This document shows, piece by piece, positions 1 through 11,496 of a stretch of DNA of 64,000 nucleotides. This DNA comes from Candidatus Latescibacterota bacterium (lineage in GTDB: Bacteria; Latescibacterota; UBA2968; UBA8231). Within the stretch, counting starts at the first letter, position 1, and each line of letters begins with the position of its first letter. The stretch lies in contig CBDETY010000003.1 of the NCBI GenBank assembly GCA_965243025.1, positions 1,760,001-1,824,000 on the forward strand. The letters run 5' to 3'. The position numbers were made by a program, and so were the translations under genes. The notes under the pieces were generated by a model. That model searched no databases, was not told the DNA's origin, and was given only the letters and a program-made list of their open reading frames with translations.

Positions 1-1
1 T

Positions 2-1060
2 CTGGAGACTCAGTCCGATGCCGTGGGGAATCTCCTGCTCGTTTACCGGGGGAACCGGGATTCGGGATTCGTCCCCCGGGTGATATTCACCGCCCACATG
101 GACCACCCAGGTCTGCTCTACTCCCGGCCTCTCTCCCCCCGCGACCACCTGTTCGAGCTCGCCGGGAACGTGAACGTCGATCTGGCGAAGAAGAGCGAGG
201 TCGACATCTACGACCCGGCAGGAACCGCGGACCAGGTTCCGGTTCGTGGTGTCGTCGACTCGTATGCCGGGCCTGAGGGCGGACGGCCGGTTTTTTCGGT
301 CCGCACCGCCAGGGCGGATTCCGGGCTCCTGACACCGGATTCGTTCGCCATGTGGCGGCTCCCCGTGCTGCGGCAGCAGGGACGCCTTCTGAGAGGCCGC
401 GCCTGCGACGACCTCGCCGGTGTGACGGTGGGGCTCGCTGTCATGGACCATCTGCGCCGCAGTCGATCCCGGACCTGCGCCGGCCTCCTGCTGACGCGTG
501 CGGAAGAGACGGGATTCGGCGGCATGATGGCGGCCGTAAGGGGCGACTGGCTGCCGCGAGGGCCGCTCTACATCAACATTGAGTGTTCGAGCCGGCGCGC
601 CGGGGCGGAGCTCGGGGCAGGTCCGGTCATTCGCGTCGGAGACCGCATTTCGGTATTCGACCCGCGTCTCTGCGCCGGGCTGGTCGCCATGGCGGAGGGT
701 GAGGCGGAAGGCTTCGAAGGTCGGGGATTGCCATACCAGCGCAAGCTGATGGATGGGGGCGCGTGTGAAGCAACGGTCCTGGCGCTGGCCGGTTTCCAGG
801 TCGGGGCGGTTGCCCTTCCACTCGATCATTACCACAATTGGGGAAGAAAGCGCCTGCGACCCGAAGCAATCGACATCGGAGACGCCGGCGCCCTCGTCAA
901 ACTGCTGGTTCGCGCCGCGGTCTGCCGGGAAGGAGTTGCCGGCAGCGGCGAGGGGGCGCAACGCAACGTCGAGCGCAGGCTGGAAACCCGCTACCGGAGC
1001 CAGCGGCCGCGCCTGGAGGAAGCCCGTTCACCCCGTCCCTTGGGAGGAACAATGTCATGA
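2..1060 (+). CDS. M20/M28/M42-family metallopeptidase (5' truncated by window edge)
   Basis: Frame is open from the window start. Binuclear metal-ligand motifs AHMDH, ACDDLAG, RAEETG and HYHN. Confidence 0.75.
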   Translation: METQSDAVGNLLLVYRGNRDSGFVPRVIFTAHMDHPGLLYSRPLSPRDHLFELAGNVNVDLAKKSEVDIYDPAGTADQVPVRGVVDSYAGPEGGRPVFSVRTARADSGLLTPDSFAMWRLPVLRQQGRLLRGRACDDLAGVTVGLAVMDHLRRSRSRTCAGLLLTRAEETGFGGMMAAVRGDWLPRGPLYINIECSSRRAGAELGAGPVIRVGDRISVFDPRLCAGLVAMAEGEAEGFEGRGLPYQRKLMDGGACEATVLALAGFQVGAVALPLDHYHNWGRKRLRPEAIDIGDAGALVKLLVRAAVCREGVAGSGEGAQRNVERRLETRYRSQRPRLEEARSPRPLGGTMS

Positions 1061-1821
1061 TGGAAACCGTCGATCTCGGGCTGAGCGGGATCAGTACCTC
1101 GCGTCTGTGTTTCGGAACCGGTACCCATGGGTGGCACCACCGTTCGAACCAGGGCGATCTCGGCGTCGAGCGGCTTTCGTGCCTGCTGCGCTACGCCCAC
1201 GAACGCGGAATCACCTTCTGGGACACGGCCGACATGTACGGAACCCACCCCCATGTGGCCGACGCCCTCCGCCAGGTCGAGCGGGAGTCGGTGACAATAA
1301 CCACGAAAACGGTTTCGCGGACTGCTTCGGAAGTGCGTTCCGACGTCGAGCGGTTCCTGGCGGAACTCGGCACCGATTACATGGATATCCTGCTGCTCCA
1401 TTGCCTGACCTCCGCCGATTGGCCAGGGGAAATGAGCGGGCCTATGGACGTCCTCAGTGAGTTCAAATCCCGAGGTCAGGTGCGGGCCCTGGGCTGTTCC
1501 TGCCACGACTTCGGGGCGCTGAAAGCGGCTTCGGAGTGCGACTGGGTAGACGTCAATCTCGTCCGCATCAACCCGGCCGGGCACGCCATGTGCGCTTCTC
1601 CCGACCAGGTCATTCCGGTGATCGAGGCGATGGACGCCCGGGGCCAGGGAGTCTACGGGATGAAAGTCATGGGGGGTGGCAGCGAACTGGCGGCCGATCC
1701 CGGCGGGGCGATCGAGTACGTCATGGGTCTTCCCGCGGTTCACGCCTTTGTCATCGGCATGATGGACGAAGGGGAGATCGAGTCCTGCCTGGAGTTCACC
1801 AACCTCCCCGTCCTGGTCTGA
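1057..1821 (+). CDS. Aldo/keto reductase
   Basis: Motifs SRLCFGT, WDTADMYG, LGTDYMDILLLH. ATGA overlap with upstream stop; GGAGG RBS. Confidence 0.85.
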   Translation: MMETVDLGLSGISTSRLCFGTGTHGWHHRSNQGDLGVERLSCLLRYAHERGITFWDTADMYGTHPHVADALRQVERESVTITTKTVSRTASEVRSDVERFLAELGTDYMDILLLHCLTSADWPGEMSGPMDVLSEFKSRGQVRALGCSCHDFGALKAASECDWVDVNLVRINPAGHAMCASPDQVIPVIEAMDARGQGVYGMKVMGGGSELAADPGGAIEYVMGLPAVHAFVIGMMDEGEIESCLEFTNLPVLV

Positions 1822-1871
1822 ACCGCCTCGATTCCCTTCAGCCTGACCGGTTCTCGCCGAACCGGCCGGCA

Positions 1872-2648
1872 CTACACGATGGTCCAGCCTCCATCGACGA
1901 CGAGGGTGTGACCTGTCACCATGCTGGCCGCTTCGGAAGCGAGGAAGATCACCGGGGCTGAAATCTCCTCCGGTTCGGCGAGATCTCCTCGCAGCAGGTT
2001 CTTGGTTCTCACCGCTTCGCGAAACGCCGCACTCGACTTCAGGGCTCCCTCGGCCAGGGGCGAACGGGTCACCGTGGGTGCCACCGCGTTAACGCGGATT
2101 CCGAACTCCGCCCACTCCGCTGCCATCGTGCGCGTCATGTTGTTCACCCCTCCCTTCGCACCGCTGTACGGACCCCGCTCGGGAGCACCCACGACGCCTG
2201 CCTGCGAAGATATGTTGACGATACTGCCGCCTTTGCCGGCGGCGATCATCTGCCTGGCGGCGATCTGGCTGCAGAAAAAGACGTTCTTGAGATTGGCGTC
2301 GACGATCTCGTCGTAGAGCTCCTCGTCGCAGTCGAGGATCTTCCCGAGCTTGTTGTAACCGGCGTTGTTGACGAGCACGTCGAGAGGCCCTGCCTCGGCG
2401 GCCACGGCGTCGAAAAATGCCTGTATCGAGTCTACGTCAACGACGTCGAGACGGTGGCAGAAGCAGTTCCTCCCCATCTTTTCGATTTCGACGGCCAGTG
2501 TTTCCAGCTCGGTAACAGTGCGGCTGCCGACCGCCAGGTCCGCGCCGGAGCGCGCTGCATCGAGGGCGATGGTGCGACCTATACCGCGGCCGGCACCGGT
2601 GACCACGGCCATTTTATCCTTCAGTTCGAACCGTTCCAGATGTCCCAA
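1872..2648 (-). CDS. SDR family oxidoreductase (KduD/FabG-like)
   Basis: TGAGRGIG, NNAG, YSGAK, VDGG motifs. Confidence 0.9.
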   Translation of the reverse strand: MGHLERFELKDKMAVVTGAGRGIGRTIALDAARSGADLAVGSRTVTELETLAVEIEKMGRNCFCHRLDVVDVDSIQAFFDAVAAEAGPLDVLVNNAGYNKLGKILDCDEELYDEIVDANLKNVFFCSQIAARQMIAAGKGGSIVNISSQAGVVGAPERGPYSGAKGGVNNMTRTMAAEWAEFGIRVNAVAPTVTRSPLAEGALKSSAAFREAVRTKNLLRGDLAEPEEISAPVIFLASEAASMVTGHTLVVDGGWTIV

Positions 2649-2697
2649 TTCCCGTTCCTTCCGTTGGTTTGCGAGGGCCGAGGAATTTGCAGGGCTC

Positions 2698-3495
2698 TTA
2701 CGAAAGGCCCATGGCCCGCAGGTTCTTCAGGCTGGTCTCCAGGCTCTCGAAAGGGTCGCCCTGACAGTGGTCCTGCTCGACCAGAAAATGTTCGATGCCG
2801 GCTTCCCTGCACGCGTCGAGGATCGGCCCCCATTCGAGATTGCCCTGGCCCACCTCTGCGAACAGCTGGCGGGACCCGCTCATCGCCATGTCCTTGAGGT
2901 GTACCAGGTGCATGCGCCCGTTAAGCCGCCGGAGCCAGGAAACCGGGTTCCCTCCTCCGTGCTGTATCCAGTAGGTGTCCACTTCGAAGGAGAACACCTC
3001 CGGGTCGCTCTCGGCGGCGAGTATCTCCAGCCCGGTACGGCCTCCGAAGCGCTCGAGCTCGAAGCTGTGGTTGTGGTAGCTGAACGTCAGTCCGGCATCG
3101 ATCAGGGGGCGCGCCACCCGGGAGGCCTCCGCTGCGAAACGGGCGAAGCCCCCGGCGCTGCGGTAGTCCGGGGGCATGCCGCCGATGCCGACGTGCCGGC
3201 AGTTCCACAGCCGGTGTTCGGCGACCACCGCCTCGACGTCGTCCCGTATGCGGTCATAGCTGATGTGGGTGGCGACGATGGCGACCTCCGCCTCCCCGGC
3301 AAACCCGGCGATCTCCTGCGGGGTTCCCGCGCCGTGACCTGAAAGCTGGACCGTGGAATATCCCAGCTCCCTGACCTTTTTGAGGGTTGCGCGGATGTCG
3401 TCCGTGGTCCGGAGGAAATCACGGAGGGTGTAAAGTTGCGCTCCAATTGCCGGTGACACGGTCTGCGGTCTCCATTCGAGGGTAGAAGGGACCAA
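2698..3495 (-). CDS. Sugar phosphate isomerase/epimerase (xylose isomerase-like TIM barrel)
   Basis: GAQLYTLR, YHNHSFE, FEVDTYW, HLKD, VEQD motifs. Start uncertain. Confidence 0.85.
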   Translation of the reverse strand: MVPSTLEWRPQTVSPAIGAQLYTLRDFLRTTDDIRATLKKVRELGYSTVQLSGHGAGTPQEIAGFAGEAEVAIVATHISYDRIRDDVEAVVAEHRLWNCRHVGIGGMPPDYRSAGGFARFAAEASRVARPLIDAGLTFSYHNHSFELERFGGRTGLEILAAESDPEVFSFEVDTYWIQHGGGNPVSWLRRLNGRMHLVHLKDMAMSGSRQLFAEVGQGNLEWGPILDACREAGIEHFLVEQDHCQGDPFESLETSLKNLRAMGLS

Positions 3496-3525
3496 CCATA
3501 GGCAGGCTTCCTGAAACCGGTCAAA

Positions 3526-4779
3526 TCAACTCGATCGCGGTGCGGGATTTTTTTGTTGAACGAATCCCCGCAGGCCGAAGGCGACGCCGGCAATTGCCGA
3601 CAGGGCGGCCGCGGCCATGCAGCCTACGGCCACCGGGGCGCTGAAGTTCTCGGCCATTCCCCCCGCCAGGATGCGTCCCAGGGGTCCGAATCCGATGGCG
3701 ATCACCAGAGTCCCCATCGCCCGCGCCCGCATCAGGTCGGAGGACTCGACGAGGATGATCGTGCTCTGCATGACGCTGAATCCCGCATGACCGACGCCAA
3801 CAGCGACCAGAATCGAAAGAGACACCGGTAACGAGTCCGACTGGGAAAACCCGATGAGCCCCATGCAGGAGACCATGGCCGCCGTTGCGAAAATCCAGGA
3901 CAGGCTCCTGGTCTTTCGCAGCCAGGAAATCAGGAGCATGCCCCCCAGGTTTCCCAGACCGCTGGCAGCCCCGAGCATGCCGAGCCCGAAGGCATCCGTT
4001 CCGAGGATGTCACGGGCGAATACCGGCAGCAGGTCCATGTAGGGAAACGCCCACAGGTTCATGGCCACCGTGATCAGAAGCACTCCGAGGATGGTGCGGT
4101 TGCCGAAGACGTAGCGGAGGCCATCGCGGCAGCGTCTCGCCGAATCCGCCAGACCCCCGGGTCTCTGTGGGGAGCGCGACCGGGTCCGGATCCCGGCCAG
4201 TACGAGAACCGAAACGCCCGCCGATACCGTCAGGGCGGCCAGGGCCCCCCGGGTGCCGATAACGGCAACGACAGCCCCGGCCGACAGCGGCCCCAACACC
4301 CGGGTTACGCTCTGAAGCAGGTTGTCGAGGAACATCGCGTCGACCACCCTGCTCTTTCCGAGCAGGTCCGGGAACAGCGACCGGCGCGTTGGCCAGTCGA
4401 GGGACCAGACCGTGCCGGTAACCATTGCCGCCGCCGCGAGATGCCAGTAAGCCAGCGCTCCGTGCAGGTGCAGGAGCGTCACCGTGCCGATTGAGAGAAA
4501 AGTGACGCTCTGGCCGGTTACGATTACCCGGCGCCGCTGAAATCGCTCGACGATCACCGGGCCGAATATCCCTGCCAGCGGCATCGGGGCCGATCGGAAA
4601 AAACCGATCAATGCCACCCACCAGGCTGAATCGGTCAGAGCCAGCGCCAGCCATCCGATGACGACCTGCTCGACCCCCATTGCCTGCCACCAGAGGCCGT
4701 TGCTGATGAGCAGGCGCAGGAAGTCGCGGTTTCGCAGCGGTGCCAGGAAGCCGTTGTCGCCGGCCGCGGAGCTATCCAT
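3526..4779 (-). CDS. MFS transporter
   Basis: About 12 hydrophobic segments; PLRNRDF N-terminus and ERFQRRRV loop. Start trimmed to MDSS. Confidence 0.85.
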   Translation of the reverse strand: MDSSAAGDNGFLAPLRNRDFLRLLISNGLWWQAMGVEQVVIGWLALALTDSAWWVALIGFFRSAPMPLAGIFGPVIVERFQRRRVIVTGQSVTFLSIGTVTLLHLHGALAYWHLAAAAMVTGTVWSLDWPTRRSLFPDLLGKSRVVDAMFLDNLLQSVTRVLGPLSAGAVVAVIGTRGALAALTVSAGVSVLVLAGIRTRSRSPQRPGGLADSARRCRDGLRYVFGNRTILGVLLITVAMNLWAFPYMDLLPVFARDILGTDAFGLGMLGAASGLGNLGGMLLISWLRKTRSLSWIFATAAMVSCMGLIGFSQSDSLPVSLSILVAVGVGHAGFSVMQSTIILVESSDLMRARAMGTLVIAIGFGPLGRILAGGMAENFSAPVAVGCMAAAALSAIAGVAFGLRGFVQQKNPAPRSS

Positions 4780-4938
4780 GCTTCGGTTCAAGATCCGGAC
4801 CCGCAACCGCGACCGGGGCTGCATTCGCGTCTGGCCGCGGCGAACGGGTGTGCAAGTGATGGTGCGTGGAAACGAACCTCAGCCTGCCTGGCCGGGTCGC
4901 TGGCAAGGGAGGGCCGACTGCCTTGTGCGGGGCTCTCT

Positions 4939-5000
4939 TTCCGCTCACGCCGCCCGACCCGGTCTGCCGGAAGACCGGGGGCGGGCTGCTGAAAGCGGAA
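4939..5000. other. Long imperfect intergenic hairpin
   Basis: ttccgct...cccggtct-gccgga-agaccggg...agcggaa between the ftsH 3' end and the MFS gene. Confidence 0.35.
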
Positions 5001-5216
5001 CCTCTGCGGGTTCGGGCGAGCTGCCGAAGGCGAGAAAGCTCCCGGGTCGGGCACACCATCCGGGCCGGGATCCGGCGGATGGATGCTGACAATCAAACTC
5101 CGGACAAGATCTTTGCGGAAGTCGACAGATCGCTTCCCGGTCGGGGTGCCAGCCCGGATTCAGGGCTCGCAGGGGAAGCGGGAGCGTCCGGACGGCATTC
5201 TCGCTGTCAGGGCCGG

Positions 5217-7178
5217 CTATTCTTTGCTGCCTCGGTCGTCCGCAGCAGAAGGGGTTGGTGCGAGAGAGTCGGTTGCAACAGGATCGGCACCGACGGCCGG
5301 GTCGCCGGTTGTTCCATTGCCTGAGGAATCCGGGCCGGTTTCCGAATCCCCCTGTTTTTCATCCGCGGCATCGGGAAGCCGGTCAACTACTTCCCCGTTG
5401 AGCAGATGACGCAACTCTTCCCCCTCCATTATCTCCTTTTCGAACAGCACCTCCACCACCTTTTCCAGCACCTCGCGACGGTCGACGAGCACCTCCTTCG
5501 CCCTGGCGTAAGACTCGTCGATTATGCGCGCCACCTCCCCGTCGATCCGCCTTGCCGTGTCCTCGCTGTAGAGTTTCTCCCCGTTGGGAACCCCCAGAAA
5601 CGGCTGCTGCCGGCTCTCGCGATGGGCTACCAGTCCGAGCTTGTCGCTCATGCCGTATTCCTTGACCATGCTCTCGGCTATCTGGGTCGCTTTCTGAAGA
5701 TCGTTCGCCGCCCCGGTCGAAATTTCCCCGAACACGATATCCTCGGCCGCCCGTCCCCCCAGCAGGGCACAGGTGGTGTCGAGCAACTCTTCCCTGGTCA
5801 TGAGGTAGCGGTCTTCCGTCGGCATGTTCAGGGTATATCCGAGGGCACCCACACCCCTGGGGATTATGGAAATCTTCTGAACGGGATTCGCCTCCTCGAG
5901 CACTTCTCCGACGATCGCGTGACCCGCCTCGTGATAGGCGACGATGCGGCGCTCCTTCTCGTTCAGGACGCGGCTCTTGCGCTCCAGGCCGGCGACGGCT
6001 CGCTCAACCGCCTCGCTCAGCTCGTCCATGGTGATCTTCTTCTTGTCGCGCCGGGCGGCGAGCAGGGCCGCTTCGTTGACGACGTTGGCGAGGTCGGCCC
6101 CGGCGAATCCCGGAGTCTGGATCGCAACTTTTTTCAGGTCGACGTCATCGGCGAGCTTGGCTGGCCGGGCATGAATCTCGAGAATGGCGGTCCGTCCCTT
6201 TACGTCGGGACGGTCGACGGTAACGGTTCGGTCGAAGCGACCCGGCCGCAGCAGAGCGGGGTCGAGAATCTCCGGCCTGTTGGTCGCCGCCATCAGGATG
6301 ATTCCCACGTTGGTGTCGAACCCGTCGAGTTCGGTCAGGAGCTGGTTCAGGGTCTGTTCGCGCTCGTCGTGGCCTCCGAATGAACCGACTCCCCTGGCCT
6401 TGCCCAGCGCATCGAGCTCGTCGATGAAGATGATCGCGGGGGCGTGTTTTTTCGCCTGCTCGAAAAGATCGCGAACGCGCGCCGCCCCGACACCCACGAA
6501 CATCTCGACGAAATCCGAACCGCTGATCGAGAAAAACGGTACCTCGGCCTGCCCGGCCACGGCCTTTGCCAGAAGGGTTTTTCCCGTGCCTGGAGGTCCG
6601 ACGAGCAGCACCCCGCGGGGAATGCGGCCTCCCAGGGCCTGAAACCGCTCGGGAGTCTTCAGGAACTCGACAACCTCCTCCAGCTCTTCCTTGGCCTCGT
6701 CGATCCCGGCAACGTCGTCGAAGGTTATGCCCGTCCCCTTTTCCATGTACACCTTGGCCTTGCTCTTTCCGATCGACATCAGGCCGCCGGAGCCCCCGCC
6801 CATGCGGCGGGCCATCAGCATCCAGATACCGACGAAAATCAGAGCCGGGAGGATCCAGGAAAGCAGCGTCGTGAACCAGGTGCTTTCGACCTTGCCGGAA
6901 AAATCGATGCCGTGTTCGGCCAGGAGGCTGACCAGCTCCGGGTCATCTACCCGCGTCACCACGAAACTCTTCTCGGAACCATCGGAAAAATAGGTGCCTG
7001 TTATCGAGTCGGATCCGATGGAGACTTCCCGGACCGCCCCTTCGGCGACCATGGCCCGGAAATCGCTGTAGGAAAGCGTATGCACCTGGCCCTGGAGGTA
7101 ACTCTGAATGACGAGAAGGAGAAGAACGGTCAGTATCGCGTACGCGATCGACAGCTGCGTCCGGCGATCCAGTCTCAC
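5217..7178 (-). CDS. ftsH: ATP-dependent zinc metalloprotease FtsH
   Basis: Two N-terminal TM segments, [30 protein letters not shown]. Confidence 0.97.
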   Translation of the reverse strand: MRLDRRTQLSIAYAILTVLLLLVIQSYLQGQVHTLSYSDFRAMVAEGAVREVSIGSDSITGTYFSDGSEKSFVVTRVDDPELVSLLAEHGIDFSGKVESTWFTTLLSWILPALIFVGIWMLMARRMGGGSGGLMSIGKSKAKVYMEKGTGITFDDVAGIDEAKEELEEVVEFLKTPERFQALGGRIPRGVLLVGPPGTGKTLLAKAVAGQAEVPFFSISGSDFVEMFVGVGAARVRDLFEQAKKHAPAIIFIDELDALGKARGVGSFGGHDEREQTLNQLLTELDGFDTNVGIILMAATNRPEILDPALLRPGRFDRTVTVDRPDVKGRTAILEIHARPAKLADDVDLKKVAIQTPGFAGADLANVVNEAALLAARRDKKKITMDELSEAVERAVAGLERKSRVLNEKERRIVAYHEAGHAIVGEVLEEANPVQKISIIPRGVGALGYTLNMPTEDRYLMTREELLDTTCALLGGRAAEDIVFGEISTGAANDLQKATQIAESMVKEYGMSDKLGLVAHRESRQQPFLGVPNGEKLYSEDTARRIDGEVARIIDESYARAKEVLVDRREVLEKVVEVLFEKEIMEGEELRHLLNGEVVDRLPDAADEKQGDSETGPDSSGNGTTGDPAVGADPVATDSLAPTPSAADDRGSKE

Positions 7179-7304
7179 TGGAAAATCGTCCTAAGAAGTT
7201 GAAGAAACAAAAGTTACGTGCGTCTTTGGAAAATAACCTTGCCCTGTACCGGGGTCAAGAAGACCAGCCGCAACCGGAGCTGAAGCGGGACTCGGGAATC
7301 CCTG

Positions 7305-8582
7305 CTACGCCAGAAGACCCGGGGTCTCGAGGGTCTGCTTCAGACGGCCGAGGAAACGGGCACAGGCGGCACCGTCGAGGGCGCGGTGATCGGCTGCCAG
7401 CGTCATCGACATCTGGGGCCGCACCGCCATTCCGTGGTTCTCGATTGCCACCACCCTGTCCTCCAGGCTGCCGACGGCCAGTATGGCGACTTGAGGGGGA
7501 TTGATGATGGCGGTGAACCGGGAAACTCCGAGCATTCCCAGGTTTGAAATGGTGAATGTTCCCCCGGTCATGTCGTCCGGCTGCAGGCGGCCGTTCCGGG
7601 CCGCATCCACGAGCCGCCTGGACTCGGCTGCAATCTGCTCCAGTGAAAGGCCGGGGACGTTGCGGATTACCGGAACCATCAGCCCCCGAGGGGTGTCGGC
7701 GGCGATCCCGATGTTGACCTCGCCAAGCTGTGTCAGGGTGGTTCCGTTCAGCACGCTGTTGAATCGGGGCTGCTCTTCCAGAACCTTCCCGAGCGCCCGT
7801 ACGATCAGGTCGTTGTAGGAGATCTTTTTCCCCTCGATGGCATACCCCTGCCGGAACTGCTGGAGCCAGACCCCGGATATTTCCATTCCGATATGGATGT
7901 GGGGAATCTGCTGATAGCTGGCCGTAAGGCGTTCGGCGGCAACCTGCTGGGCACGAGTCAACTCGACGGGCCCCGACGCGGGGGCGGCGACCGGCGCGGC
8001 CGCAACTGTCCGTACTTCGGGAGCCCCGACAGCCTGCGGAACCGCTGGGCCCGCGTGAGCCTTCAGGTCGGAACTGACGATCCGCCCCCCGGGTCCCGTG
8101 CCCGCAACGGCTGTCAGGTCAAGGCCGAGGGCGGCCGCCATCTTGCGGGCCTTGGGGGATGCCCGATGAGGCCGCCCCGGGACCGCAGGCTGGAGCGGTT
8201 CAGGTTCAGGTGCCGGAGAAACGGTTTCGACCTTGGCTGGTGGCTCAGACGGCGAGGCGGCCGGTTCCGGGGACTGGCCTGGCTCCGGTTCCGCCTTCCC
8301 TGCCTTTGCCGCGAGCCGGGACTCGAAATCGCCGATTTCTTCCTCCGCCCCGGCGATGATGCCGATGGGAGTCGTGACTGGCACTTCTTCACCTTCCGGT
8401 ACCAGGATTCGGCGCAGGACGCCGGATGCCTGGGCTTCCACTTCCATCGTGACCTTGTCGGTGACGACCTCGAGAATCGGTTCCCCGCGCGTCACTGTTC
8501 CCCCTTCGGATACCAGCCACGCTCCTATCGTCCCGGTCTCCATGGTCAGGCCCAGCTTGGGCATGACGACTTCCGTAGCCAT
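7305..8582 (-). CDS. 2-oxoacid dehydrogenase complex E2, dihydrolipoamide acyltransferase
   Basis: Lipoyl domain (VTDKVT), E3-binding domain (ASPKARK...GTGPGGRI), catalytic DHRALDG. Confidence 0.92.
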   Translation of the reverse strand: MATEVVMPKLGLTMETGTIGAWLVSEGGTVTRGEPILEVVTDKVTMEVEAQASGVLRRILVPEGEEVPVTTPIGIIAGAEEEIGDFESRLAAKAGKAEPEPGQSPEPAASPSEPPAKVETVSPAPEPEPLQPAVPGRPHRASPKARKMAAALGLDLTAVAGTGPGGRIVSSDLKAHAGPAVPQAVGAPEVRTVAAAPVAAPASGPVELTRAQQVAAERLTASYQQIPHIHIGMEISGVWLQQFRQGYAIEGKKISYNDLIVRALGKVLEEQPRFNSVLNGTTLTQLGEVNIGIAADTPRGLMVPVIRNVPGLSLEQIAAESRRLVDAARNGRLQPDDMTGGTFTISNLGMLGVSRFTAIINPPQVAILAVGSLEDRVVAIENHGMAVRPQMSMTLAADHRALDGAACARFLGRLKQTLETPGLLA

Positions 8583-8710
8583 CGAATCTCTCTTTGTCTT
8601 TCGCCTGTCTGATTGAAGGGGTTGTATGCCTGGGGAATCGCGGCTGCCTGCCCGCGGCTTCGGATGTTTTCGGCAGTCTGGCGCTTTGGAGTGCCGGCCG
8701 GGATCTGACG

Positions 8711-9775
8711 CTACTCTGTGGCAGCCTGGTCCAGTGCTTCGAGAACCTCGCTGATCCTCAATGTCCCTATGTCTCTGGTCCGGACAACCGCGACTCGATC
8801 GTTTCCCGGATGGATCCAGCGCCTGGGATCTTCATCGAAGATGGCAACAGCGGGAACCTCGAGGAAAATCGACAGATGCAGCAGGTCGGAATTGCAGGAA
8901 ATCACTGCGCGACAACCTTCCAGAAGTGCGGCCACCTCGTACAGATCCCCAAGGTCAAGGGCGAGAATCCGGTTGCCGAAAATCGATCTAAAATAGTCGA
9001 CCTTTTTTCTCTCCGCGAGGGTAAAGAACAGGATCGCCCTTTTTCCCGCTTCCATCAGACCCCGGACGATATCCTCGACCTGACGCCTCGCCAACCCCTT
9101 CCCATCCCGGCGGGACAGGTCGATGCCGACGAGATTGCCGGTAGCGAATTCCCCGAAGAAGTAGCGGCACCGCACCTCCCATGCGCGGGCTTCGGGTACC
9201 GACCAGCCTGGGTTTTCTCCCCTTTCCAGCCGAAAAAGGTCCAACAACACCTCGTAATGCCCTCCCTCGTAGGCATTCCTGTCATTGCACTCGATCTCGA
9301 TGTTGAACCAGCCTTCCGGACCCGGGCGGCTGAATCCGACCCGCAGCCGGGCTCCGCTTCGGGCGCATACCATGCCAAGTCGAAAGCTGCAGTCCGACCC
9401 CAGGCATATTGCGAGATCGAACCTGCGGCTGCGCAGGGACCGGGTGAGTCTGCTTACGGGAGATTTCCAGAACGGACCGGCGTCCAGTTCGGCGGTGATA
9501 ATGTCGTCAAAGTCAGGTATCTGCCTTGCCAGGGTGGCCAGGTGTTCCTGGCAAACGATGGAAATCTCAGCTTCCGGATAGGACTGGCGAAGTCCCTTGT
9601 AGACCGGAATCCCGAGAAAAAAGCCTCCCGGACGGTCACTGGGAACTACCAGAATCCGCTCCGCCTTCCGGAGCTCAGATAAAACGTCAAGCGTCTCTTT
9701 CTCGGGGCGAAACACCGATCCCCATTTGAGAAGCGCCTTGTCCCACAAGGATCCGTTTTCCCAAGCCTGATTCAT
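8711..9775 (-). CDS. Glycosyltransferase family 9 (heptosyltransferase-like), divergent
   Basis: ERILVV...GLRQSYPEAEISIV, LRSRRFDLAI, SGARLRVGF, LLHLSIFLEVPAVAIF. Confidence 0.75.
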   Translation of the reverse strand: MNQAWENGSLWDKALLKWGSVFRPEKETLDVLSELRKAERILVVPSDRPGGFFLGIPVYKGLRQSYPEAEISIVCQEHLATLARQIPDFDDIITAELDAGPFWKSPVSRLTRSLRSRRFDLAICLGSDCSFRLGMVCARSGARLRVGFSRPGPEGWFNIEIECNDRNAYEGGHYEVLLDLFRLERGENPGWSVPEARAWEVRCRYFFGEFATGNLVGIDLSRRDGKGLARRQVEDIVRGLMEAGKRAILFFTLAERKKVDYFRSIFGNRILALDLGDLYEVAALLEGCRAVISCNSDLLHLSIFLEVPAVAIFDEDPRRWIHPGNDRVAVVRTRDIGTLRISEVLEALDQAATE

Positions 9776-10078
9776 CGTCCGGGGGAACCCTTCAGTTTAC
9801 CTGAGTGTCGAGGGGGTTGGCCGGCCCCCCTCCCTTCAAATTGTATTGCCCGGATTGACCTGGAATGCGGTACCGCTTGAGGTGGGGGAAAATGTCCGTG
9901 GCGGGATTTCCAGGTTGGAGAAGTTGATGGTTTACCAAATTAGATGAAAACCTCGTGGGGGGTTAGAATATCCTGCCCCTCGGGGCCATGTCAAAGGCCG
10001 CTCTGCGGCCAGCAGCAATCGACTCCCCGCTTCCCGGAAGGGTGCGGGGGAAAATGTGTGTGCAGGCACGAAAATTCC

Positions 10079-10527
10079 ATGACCGTTCCCTCCAGGGACT
10101 TCACTGCCACCACTTTCGTCGTCCAGGATGAAAAGGTTCTGTTGTTGTGGCACAACAAGATGAAAGCATGGCTCCCCCCCGGAGGTCACATAGCTGAAAA
10201 CGAGCTCCCCGAGGAGGCGGCGGTTCGGGAAGTCCTCGAGGAGGCGGGACTCGAAGTCAGGCTTCTCGGAAACCGGAAGGTCGTTGGAAACGTGACCGTG
10301 CTGACTCAGCCCTCATGCATTCTTCTCGAGGATATCGAGGCGGGACACCAGCATATCGATCTCATCTACTTTGCCGAGGTCAGCGGCTCCGGGGAGGTGC
10401 TCCTCAACGAACGTGAGGCCTCCTGTTTCAGGTGGTATGACTGCGAGCAGCTGCAGGGGGACGAGATCGCCGAAGACATCCGCCATCTCGGTCGACGGGC
10501 GATCGCCGCAGTCCGCGGCCAGGGCGC

Positions 10528-10531
<4 letters not shown>
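10079..10531 (+). CDS. NUDIX hydrolase
   Basis: Nudix box GGHIAENELPEEAAVREVLEEAG. Confidence 0.9.
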
Positions 10532-11475
<944 letters not shown>

Positions 11476-11496
11476 GCCGGACCGGAAACAGTTCCG

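Noticed and set aside
4825-5216. SRP RNA or other structured ncRNA in the ftsH-MFS gap
   Set aside because: A hairpin is present but the SRP domain IV motif is not.
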